Assembly (NCBI GenBank): GCA_031366795.1
Contig: JANLOX010000232.1
Location: 1-23,026, forward strand
From: Candidatus Eiseniibacteriota bacterium
GTDB taxonomy: Bacteria > Eisenbacteria > RBG-16-71-46
Length of the DNA stretch: 23,026 nt
Reading direction: 5' to 3'
Part shown: positions 16,191 through 23,026 of the stretch, one piece after another
Layout of the letters: each line of letters starts with the position of its first letter
How positions within the stretch are numbered: the first letter of the stretch is position 1
Notes under the pieces: generated by a model
Database searches by the model: none
What the model saw: only the letters and a program-made list of their open reading frames with translations
Told to the model about the DNA's origin: nothing
Made by a program: the position numbers and the translations under genes

Positions 16191-18177
16191 GGCCACGGGC
16201 GGGACGGTGTGGAGCGGCCGTGTCGCGGTGGCACTCGACCCGCGCGCCCAACTGCTCAACGACTCGCTGCCGGTGGACGGCCGGCTGTGGCCGGAGGAGT
16301 TGGCGCTGTCGCGCGCCTACGCGCGCGCCCTGGTCGAAGCGGGCGTCATGACCGATGAAGCCGCCGTGGCGCTGGCGTCGGCGTGCGATGCGCTCGAAGC
16401 CGAGCTGCACGCAGGCACTGCCACGCTCTCGGGTGAGGACGTACATGGCGCCGTGGAGTCGGCGCTCGAGCAGCGCTGTGGCGAGCCGGCGTTGCGGCTG
16501 CACACAGGCCGCAGCCGCAACGACCAGGTCGCGACGCTGCTCCGGCTCAAGGTGATGCAGTTGTGCGAGGACGCGATCGAGCACATTCGCGAAGTGGAGC
16601 GCGCGCTGGTGACGCAGGCCGGCGCCGCCCGCGAGGTTGCCGTGGCCGCCTACACCCATATGCAGCCGGCGCAGCCCATCCTGCTCGCGCACTGGTGGCT
16701 CGCGCACGCCGCGGCGTTCGAGCGGGATGAAGAGCGCTTCCAGTCGGCGCGCGCCGCCGCGGATCGCATGCCGCTCGGCGCCGGTGCGATCGCCGGCTCA
16801 CCGCTGCACTACGATCGCACCGCATTGGCGGCGCGGCTCGGGTTCAGCCGTGTCGCGGACAACAGCCTCGACGCGGTCAGCGATCGTGACTTTGCGCTCG
16901 AGTACCTGAACGCCGCCGCCGTGCTGGCCGTGCACCTGTCGCGGCTCGCCGAGGACCTCGTGCTGTGGTGCTCGCCGGCATTCGGCTGGTTCCTCGCGCC
17001 GGATGGCTTCTCGACCGGCTCGAGCCTGCTGCCAAACAAGCGCAATCCCGATGTGTTCGAACTGACGCGGGGAAAAAGCGCGCGGCTGATGGCAAACGCC
17101 CAGCGGCTCGCCACCCTGATGAAGGGACTGCCGTCCGGGTACCAGAAAGATCTACAGGAAGACAAGGAAGCCGTCTTCGATACCGCCGATACGCTGGACC
17201 GGCTGCTGGCGGCGCTCGCGCCGGCCATCGTGGCGCTGACGCCGAACCCTGCACGCATGGCCGGGACCCTCACGCGCGACCTGTTGGCCGTGGAACTGGC
17301 CGACTCACTCGTCGCCGACGGGGAGCCCTTCCGCACGGCGCACCAGCGCGTCGGAGCGTTGTGGGCCACGGCGGAACGCGCCGGGCTGGATCCCGCGGCG
17401 TTGCCGCTCGAGCAGCGGTTGTCGATCGATGTCCGCTTCACCGATGAGCTGCTCTCGAGCCTCACCGTGGAGACGGCGCTCGCGCGCCGCTCGCACGCTC
17501 CGGGCGGCGGCCCCGGCTCGGTGCACGAACAACTCGAGCGCGCCGAGGAGCGTCTTGGAATGGCGCTGGGCATCGCGCACGGCAAGCATGAGGCGGCGTC
17601 CCCGTCGGAACCAGGTTCACCGCTGACGTTGCGCCGCGCGCGGCTCGAAGACGTTCCCGGCATCGCCGGCGTGATGGCGGATTATGTGGTGCAGGGCGTC
17701 CTGCTGCCGCGTCCCGTCAGTGAGCTCTACCAGTGCGTGCGCGAATTCCACGTCGCCGTTTCCGGAGACCAGGTCGTGGCGTGTGCCGCGTTGCGTGTGC
17801 TGTGGAGTGACCTCGGCGAAGTGCGCTCGCTGGCCGTGCGTCCCGATTTCCACGGCCATGGGCTCGGCGCCCAGTTGGTGGAGGCGGTGCTCGAGGATGC
17901 GCGCGCGGTGGCACTCCCCCGCGTCATTGCGCTGACCCGCGAAGTTGGGTTCTTCGAGCGCTGCGGCTTCGTTGCCGCCTCGCGCGAGGAATTGCCCCGC
18001 AAGGTGTGGACCGATTGCGTCCGCTGCCCGCGCCGCCATGCCTGCGACGAAGTCGCCGTGGTCATGGATCTCGTGCCGGGCGCATCCGCCGCCGCGGCCG
18101 CCGCCGGACGATCGTGGTCACTGCCCATTCCCGAAGTGCGTCACCTCGAGCCTTCGGCCCTCCCGGTGGTTTCGTGA
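16180..18177 (+). CDS. argH: Argininosuccinate lyase fused to a C-terminal GNAT (short ArgA-type N-acetylglutamate synthase)
   Basis: HTGRSRNDQ, YTHMQPAQP, TGSSLLPNKRNPD, YQKDLQEDKE; then, with no stop, LRRARLEDV...EVRSLAV...GHGLG...FFERCGF...LPRKVWTDCVRCP. Confidence 0.93.
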   Translation: MQAKATGGTVWSGRVAVALDPRAQLLNDSLPVDGRLWPEELALSRAYARALVEAGVMTDEAAVALASACDALEAELHAGTATLSGEDVHGAVESALEQRCGEPALRLHTGRSRNDQVATLLRLKVMQLCEDAIEHIREVERALVTQAGAAREVAVAAYTHMQPAQPILLAHWWLAHAAAFERDEERFQSARAAADRMPLGAGAIAGSPLHYDRTALAARLGFSRVADNSLDAVSDRDFALEYLNAAAVLAVHLSRLAEDLVLWCSPAFGWFLAPDGFSTGSSLLPNKRNPDVFELTRGKSARLMANAQRLATLMKGLPSGYQKDLQEDKEAVFDTADTLDRLLAALAPAIVALTPNPARMAGTLTRDLLAVELADSLVADGEPFRTAHQRVGALWATAERAGLDPAALPLEQRLSIDVRFTDELLSSLTVETALARRSHAPGGGPGSVHEQLERAEERLGMALGIAHGKHEAASPSEPGSPLTLRRARLEDVPGIAGVMADYVVQGVLLPRPVSELYQCVREFHVAVSGDQVVACAALRVLWSDLGEVRSLAVRPDFHGHGLGAQLVEAVLEDARAVALPRVIALTREVGFFERCGFVAASREELPRKVWTDCVRCPRRHACDEVAVVMDLVPGASAAAAAAGRSWSLPIPEVRHLEPSALPVVS

Positions 18178-18245
18178 ACCCGCGCTCGAACCGGCATGGC
18201 GCCGGTCCCGCCGCGGACCTTGAAGCAGGAAGGAGCAACACCACG

Positions 18246-19223
18246 ATGAACGAACACCCCGCGCACTTGATCAACCTGCTCGGATTGGACGCCGACTGGG
18301 CGCTCGACCTGTTCAAGCGCGCCGATGTGCTTCGCGCAACGCGCGGCACGGCCAAGGCGCCGCGCCCGTTCGTGGGGCGCACGGCGGCGCTGGTGTTCCA
18401 CAAACCCTCGCTACGTACGCGCGTGTCGTTCACCGTCGGCATGCACGAACTCGGCGGCGATGCCGTCGACCTCTCCGCCGTCGAGGTGTCCGAACACGGC
18501 CGCGAGAGCATCCCGGACGTCGCCCACGTGCTCTCAGGCATGTGCTCGATGGTGGTGATGCGCACGTTCTCGCACTCGCTGGTCACCACCTTCGCCCAGC
18601 ACTCAAAAGTCCCCGTGATCAACGCCCTCACCGACTTCTCGCACCCCTGCCAGATCCTGTCGGACCTCTACACGCTCAAGCGCCGCGGCTTCGACCTCAA
18701 CAACATGACCGTCGCCTGGGTCGGCGACGGCAACAACGTCCTGCATTCCTGGCTGGAAGCCGCTACAATGTTCGGCTTCACGCTGAACATCGCGGTACCG
18801 GACGGCTTCGAGCCGGATGGCGGCCTGTACTTGGAGGCAGAGCGTCGAGCACTCGGGCGGATCAACCGCATGCGCGACCCGAACGAGGCGGTCCGAGGCG
18901 CAGATGTCGTCTACGGCGACACGTGGACCAGCATGGGTCACGAAGACGAAGCCGAATGGCGCCGCATCGCGTTCGCGGGCTACCAGGTGAATGACGCATT
19001 GATGGCCCTAACGGCTCCGGGGGCAGTGTTCATGCACTGCCTACCCGCGCACCGTGGCGAGGAAGTCACGGACGCGGTGCTCGATGGCCCGCAGTCAATC
19101 GTCGTCGAGCAGGCCGAAAACCGCCTCCACCTGCAGAAGGGCCTCATGGTGAAGTTGATGGAGGCGTCCGAGTCGCCGAAGCGAAACCTGCAGAACGCCG
19201 TCCGCGAGGCCCTGGCGCTGTAA
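18246..19223 (+). CDS. argF: Ornithine carbamoyltransferase
   Basis: KPSLRTRVSF, HPCQILSD, GDGNNV, DTWTSMG, MHCLPAHRGEEV, QAENRLH; ATG 18246 after AAGGAG. Confidence 0.95.
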   Translation: MNEHPAHLINLLGLDADWALDLFKRADVLRATRGTAKAPRPFVGRTAALVFHKPSLRTRVSFTVGMHELGGDAVDLSAVEVSEHGRESIPDVAHVLSGMCSMVVMRTFSHSLVTTFAQHSKVPVINALTDFSHPCQILSDLYTLKRRGFDLNNMTVAWVGDGNNVLHSWLEAATMFGFTLNIAVPDGFEPDGGLYLEAERRALGRINRMRDPNEAVRGADVVYGDTWTSMGHEDEAEWRRIAFAGYQVNDALMALTAPGAVFMHCLPAHRGEEVTDAVLDGPQSIVVEQAENRLHLQKGLMVKLMEASESPKRNLQNAVREALAL

Positions 19224-19336
19224 AGCCTCTAAAGGCGCTGCATCGGCCCGAACACGCTGCCCCGCGCTTCCCGCAACCAGCGTATCCGTGCGCCCTTCGG
19301 GCAACCCCCGCGAACGTGAAGCTCGATTGAAGAACG

Positions 19337-19422
19337 TGGTGCCGAGAGCAGGACTCGAACCTGCACGGGGTTACCCCCAAGGGATTTTAAGTCCCCTGCG
19401 TCTGCCATTTCGCCATCCCGGC
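19337..19422 (-). tRNA. tRNA-Leu (anticodon TAA)
   Basis: GCCGGGATGGCGAAATGGCAGACGCAGGGGAC-TTAAAA-TCCCTTGGGGGTAACCCCGTGCAGGTTCGAGTCCTGCTCTCGGCACCA: acceptor stem, long variable arm, GGTTCGAG T-loop and encoded CCA. Confidence 0.97.
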
Positions 19423-19431
19423 ACACCACTC

Positions 19432-19474
19432 GAAAATACAATCGCCCGGAGCTCTCATGAGCGCCCGGGCGATT
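19432..19474 (-). terminator. Hairpin/terminator after actF
   Basis: Minus strand AATCGCCCGG-GCGCTCATGAGAGCT-CCGGGCGATT followed by GTATTTT. Confidence 0.6.
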
Positions 19475-19502
19475 ACGTTAGGCTATTGTCGTCGCGCGAC
19501 GC

Positions 19503-20786
19503 TCAGTGCGTGTGCATTCCTTCGCCGGCTAAAGTGTCGGCCACTTTCACGACAGGGTACTTGCTCAGGAATCCCTGCACCGCCCAGCCGAACACTCCGA
19601 GGAAGCCAATCGTTACCCCAATCTCGGGAAGCCCGATCCACACCTTCTCAGGACTCAGCGACGGCATCACAAGGATGTGCCGGTCCAGCCACATGCCGCC
19701 CATCACGATGATCGCGAACAGGCTCAGCCAGAACGGCGTCGTCTTCGTGGTCTTGTTCAGTAGACCGAGGAACGGAATCACGAACACCAAGCAGAACACG
19801 GTGAAGGCAATCGGGCGCCAAGGTTCCTCGAAGCGTAGGAAGACCCAGCCGGTTTCTTCGGGCATGTTGGCGTACCAGATGGGCAGGTACTGGGCCCAGA
19901 ACTGGTAGGCCCAGAAGATGCAGACGGCGAACATGATCTTGCCGATATCCCACATGTGGTTCGTGGTCAGGTAGCGTTCGAGCTTGTACTGGCCGCGCAG
20001 TTGGGACACGAGGAATGCGGTCATCGCGATGCCGGTCAGGAAGCAGCCCATGAAGAACCACCAGCCGAACAGGTTGCTCACCCACTCGGGGGTCAGCGCG
20101 AGGATGAAGTCGATCGACAGGAACGAGAACACCACGGCGTAGGCCACGCAGATCTGCGGCGCGAGCATGGCGAGTTCGTGGCGGTTCTGCTTTTGTTCGG
20201 CTTCGTCGCCCTTCCAGTTGGCCGACAGTTTCTCGTACGTCGCCTTGAGCTCGGGTACCACGTAGTCCTTGAGCAGGTGGGCGTCGGGCCGCATGGAGAC
20301 GCGGACGAGTTTGTGCGACAGCCACCACACCAGCCCGAGCCCGAGCAGCACGCGGGCGTAGAGGAACGGCAGGTTCAGGAAGGGCTTGAGCCGCGGGGGA
20401 ACTTCGTGCGTCCAGGGCAGGTAGGTCCGCACCCCGACCAGCAACAGCACCACCATGAAGCCATAGGCGTAGGGCAGGTAGGCGGACAACGACTCGGCGA
20501 TGCGCGTGACGGGCCCGCCCCAGCGGCCGTTCGCGAGCCGGATGCCGCAGGCGAGAATGACTCCGCCCTGCGCGATGCCCAGCCAGTACAGCGCGTTGAT
20601 CGTGTAGGCGCCCCACGCGCGGTGCGGCTCAGTGGCGAGCAGGAAGGCAAACGTGATGGCGCCGATGATCATGCAGGCCATCCACAGCATGCGCTTGCGC
20701 GCGCTGGGCTTGCCCGGGATCTTGGAGGCGACGTCCCGCAGGATCGCTTCGCGCTCGGCGGCGGTCATAAGCGTCGGGTGGCTCAT
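19503..20786 (-). CDS. actF: Alternative complex III membrane subunit ActF
   Basis: Polytopic NrfD-like membrane protein (RIAESL, FLNLPFLYAR, DIGKIMFA, WAYQFWAQYLPIWYANMPEE); last gene after actCDE. Confidence 0.88.
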   Translation of the reverse strand: MSHPTLMTAAEREAILRDVASKIPGKPSARKRMLWMACMIIGAITFAFLLATEPHRAWGAYTINALYWLGIAQGGVILACGIRLANGRWGGPVTRIAESLSAYLPYAYGFMVVLLLVGVRTYLPWTHEVPPRLKPFLNLPFLYARVLLGLGLVWWLSHKLVRVSMRPDAHLLKDYVVPELKATYEKLSANWKGDEAEQKQNRHELAMLAPQICVAYAVVFSFLSIDFILALTPEWVSNLFGWWFFMGCFLTGIAMTAFLVSQLRGQYKLERYLTTNHMWDIGKIMFAVCIFWAYQFWAQYLPIWYANMPEETGWVFLRFEEPWRPIAFTVFCLVFVIPFLGLLNKTTKTTPFWLSLFAIIVMGGMWLDRHILVMPSLSPEKVWIGLPEIGVTIGFLGVFGWAVQGFLSKYPVVKVADTLAGEGMHTH

Positions 20787-21346
20787 CGCGGGTTGGTCTT
20801 CTGCTGGTAGCGGATGTAGTTGATCAGGTCGTAGGCCTCGTGGGCGGTCACCAGCGCGCCGTAGTTCGGCATCACCGCGCCACCGTGGCGAATGTATCCG
20901 TAGATGTAGCCATCGCTGCGTCCCCGGGTCATGGCGGCCAGCAGGTCGGGCGGCGGAATGTACTTGGCCGCGACCGGGCCATCACCCTTCATCGAGACGC
21001 CGTGGCACGGCACGCAGGTGCGCATGAACTTGCGCGCTCCCCGCGCGATCGAAGAATCATCGGCGGCCTGCGGATTCGTGAAGGTCTTGTCGAGCCGCGC
21101 GCGCTCGGAGGCTTCCATACCCGGCGCGGTGTTCCACAGTTCGCGGCCACCGACGGGAACACTCACCGAATCCGGGGCCTTGAGGTAGGTCTGCTGCGGA
21201 ACGAGCACGACGCTCGTGCGCATGTCGCGCGTCTTGTAGTACGGCAGGTGCGTAAGCGAGCTCTTGAGGTCACGGCAGCCGCGCTCGAACACCGTGCCGC
21301 CCAGCATCGCGACGAAGCCCATCACCAGCAGGATGCTCTTAACCAT
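20783..21346 (-). CDS. actE: Alternative complex III monoheme cytochrome c ActE
   Basis: Single CVPCH heme motif, distal Met (VMPNYG), N-terminal hydrophobic anchor, position between actD and actF. Confidence 0.85.
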   Translation of the reverse strand: MVKSILLVMGFVAMLGGTVFERGCRDLKSSLTHLPYYKTRDMRTSVVLVPQQTYLKAPDSVSVPVGGRELWNTAPGMEASERARLDKTFTNPQAADDSSIARGARKFMRTCVPCHGVSMKGDGPVAAKYIPPPDLLAAMTRGRSDGYIYGYIRHGGAVMPNYGALVTAHEAYDLINYIRYQQKTNPR

Positions 21347-21893
21347 GGAGCTTCACCTCTTCGGCGCCATGGCCCTTCATAAGTTCAGCGGCGCGCGTGG
21401 CTTCGTCGCCGCGGCATGGCACCCAGATGCCGATGCGGTCGTCGGAGAAACGCGGGTCGGACGGCGAGGGCGCCTTGATCTGCGGCAGGCGACCGAGCGC
21501 CAGCATGCCGAGGAGATTCGAGATGCAGCCGATCAGGATCATGCTTTCGTAGCCGATGATCACGAACGGCGGCAGCGAGGTGAGTTCCTTGCCCCCGACC
21601 ACGAGTGGCCACGAAAACATCGAGTAGAAGCACAGCGAGAACCCGGCGGTGCAGCCGAGGAACGCGCCGCACGCGGTGATCCAGCGCACCAGTGAAGGCC
21701 GCTGCCCGAGCGCGTGTTCGATCGAATGGTGCGGCACCGGGGACTTGACCACGATCTCCTTGTGGCCGAGTCCGCGCAGGCCGGTGACGGCGTGCTCCGC
21801 ATCGTCGACGTAGTAGAACACGCCCAAGACGCCGTGGTACTGGACCTTCGGGCCCTCGAGCAGTTTCTCGATCAAACTCAGGAGGAACTTCAT
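21339..21893 (-). CDS. actD: Alternative complex III subunit ActD (DUF3341)
   Basis: SPVPHH, two TM helices around WPLVVGGK, DPRFSDDR, GAEEV. Confidence 0.88.
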   Translation of the reverse strand: MKFLLSLIEKLLEGPKVQYHGVLGVFYYVDDAEHAVTGLRGLGHKEIVVKSPVPHHSIEHALGQRPSLVRWITACGAFLGCTAGFSLCFYSMFSWPLVVGGKELTSLPPFVIIGYESMILIGCISNLLGMLALGRLPQIKAPSPSDPRFSDDRIGIWVPCRGDEATRAAELMKGHGAEEVKLHG

Positions 21894-23026
21894 GCGGCCT
21901 TCTTGCGGAATGGCATAGGGATCGTTTCCTTGATCTCAGACACCGAGAACGCCGGCAACACGCGCACGAAGATCAGGAAGAACATGAAGAACCATGCGAA
22001 CGAACCGGCCAGCACGCCGGCTTCGGTCCACGACATCTTGTAGTTCACGTCCCAGCTGTAGGGCTCGAACGAGCGCGCCAGCGACGTCACGATGATCACG
22101 AAGCGTTCGAACCACATGCCGATGTTCACGAAGATGGCGATGATGAACATCGCCAGGACATTGCGGCGGACGGGCTTGAACCACAGCACCAGCGGAATGA
22201 TCATGTTGCACGTGATCATGGTCCAGAACGCCCAGGCGAAGTGCCCAGTGGCGCGCCACCAGAAGATGTCCCGCTCGTACTTGCTGGGTCCGTACCAGGC
22301 GAAGAAGAACTCGGTCAGGTAGGAGTAGCCGACGATCGTCGAGGTGAGCAGGATCAGCTTGGCCAGCTTCTCGATGTGATCGAGCGTGACCACGTGCTCG
22401 AGCTTGAACACCTTGCGGATGGGGATCAGCAGGTTCACCACCATCGCGACGCCCGAGAAGATGGCGCCAGCGACGAAGTAGGGCGCGAAGATCGTGCTGT
22501 GCCAGCCGGGCACCTGCGCCATCGCGAAGTCCCATGACACGACGCTGTGCACCGAGAACACCAGCGGCGTGGCGAAGGCGGCGAAGAACAGGTAGGCGCC
22601 GTAGAAGTGCTTCCACTGGTAGTTGGCGCCCGTCCAGCCGGCCGCGAAGATCGTGAACCACAGCTTGGGGATCGGATGCTTGGCGCGGTCTCGCGCGGCG
22701 GCGGCGTCGGGGATCATGCCGACCAGGAAGAAGATGGTGGAGACCGTCATATAAGTGGTAACGGCGAACACGTCCCACTCGAGCGGCGAGCGGAAGTTCG
22801 GCCACAACTGGCGCTGGTTCGGGTAAGGGAACAGCCAGTAGGCGAACCACGGACGGCCCAGGTGGATGATCGGGAACAGGCCAGCGGTCATGACGCCGAA
22901 CACCGTCATCGCTTCGGCCACGCGGTACACCGCGCGGCGGAAGTGTGAGCGGAACAGGAACAACACGGCCGAGACGAGCGTGCCGCAGTGCGCGATACCG
23001 ACCCAGAACACGAAGTTGGCGACGTA
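21890..23026 (-). CDS. actC: Alternative complex III quinol-binding subunit ActC (NrfD/PsrC family), 5'-truncated by the window edge
   Basis: NFVFWVGIAHCGTLVSA, RVAEAMT, HLGRPW, WPNFRSPLEWDVFAV, SVHSVVSWDFA, GWHSTIFAPYFVAGAIFSG, GMWFERFVII. Confidence 0.93.
   Translation of the reverse strand, partial: YVANFVFWVGIAHCGTLVSAVLFLFRSHFRRAVYRVAEAMTVFGVMTAGLFPIIHLGRPWFAYWLFPYPNQRQLWPNFRSPLEWDVFAVTTYMTVSTIFFLVGMIPDAAAARDRAKHPIPKLWFTIFAAGWTGANYQWKHFYGAYLFFAAFATPLVFSVHSVVSWDFAMAQVPGWHSTIFAPYFVAGAIFSGVAMVVNLLIPIRKVFKLEHVVTLDHIEKLAKLILLTSTIVGYSYLTEFFFAWYGPSKYERDIFWWRATGHFAWAFWTMITCNMIIPLVLWFKPVRRNVLAMFIIAIFVNIGMWFERFVIIVTSLARSFEPYSWDVNYKMSWTEAGVLAGSFAWFFMFFLIFVRVLPAFSVSEIKETIPMPFRKKAA

Noticed and set aside
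18246..19223. ArgF as an N-acetyl- or N-succinyl-ornithine transcarbamylase because of SLRT
   Set aside because: DTWTSMG and HCLPAHRG are the canonical OTCase signatures.
19224..19422. tRNA as an integration site for a genomic island
   Set aside because: No integrase and no duplicated tRNA 3' end seen in the window; the flanking genes are housekeeping.
19337..19422. tRNA-Sec, given the nearby selenoprotein and long variable arm
   Set aside because: The anticodon is TAA, not TCA, and the acceptor stem is a normal 7 bp.
1914..22948. Many long antisense or alternate-frame ORFs (e.g. 1914-2900, 3724-4845, 6370-7380, 9356-10672, 19648-20616)
   Set aside because: Shadow ORFs from high GC and codon bias; they overlap well-supported genes and contain no recognisable motifs.
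1..23026. CRISPR arrays, IS elements or prophage genes
   Set aside because: No regularly spaced nucleotide repeats and no transposase- or phage-like ORFs seen by eye.

Overview
GC-rich bacterial window; FlgD-type C-terminal domains, a TonB receptor and alternative complex III suggest an FCB-related diderm such as Ca. Eisenbacteria (inference only). It contains, in order: (1) the 3' part of a secreted protein with a FlgD/T9SS-like tail; (2) a minus-strand cluster ATP-grasp ligase - nfuA - radical SAM - osmC - TonB-dependent receptor; (3) a secreted protein with three Cys-rich repeats, preceded by a sigma54-like promoter; (4) a GH20-like lipoprotein; (5) an arginine operon argR-C-B-D-G-(H::A fusion)-F with an ARG box; (6) tRNA-Leu(TAA); (7) the distal alternative complex III genes actC-D-E-F. 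The main finding is that the ORF track truncates the radical SAM gene. Its apparent stop is an in-frame TGA inside W-Y-C-TGA-A-E-P, followed by a SECIS-like hairpin. This indicates a CUAEP-tail selenoprotein related to the arsinothricin enzyme ArsL, sitting in an operon of unknown function.
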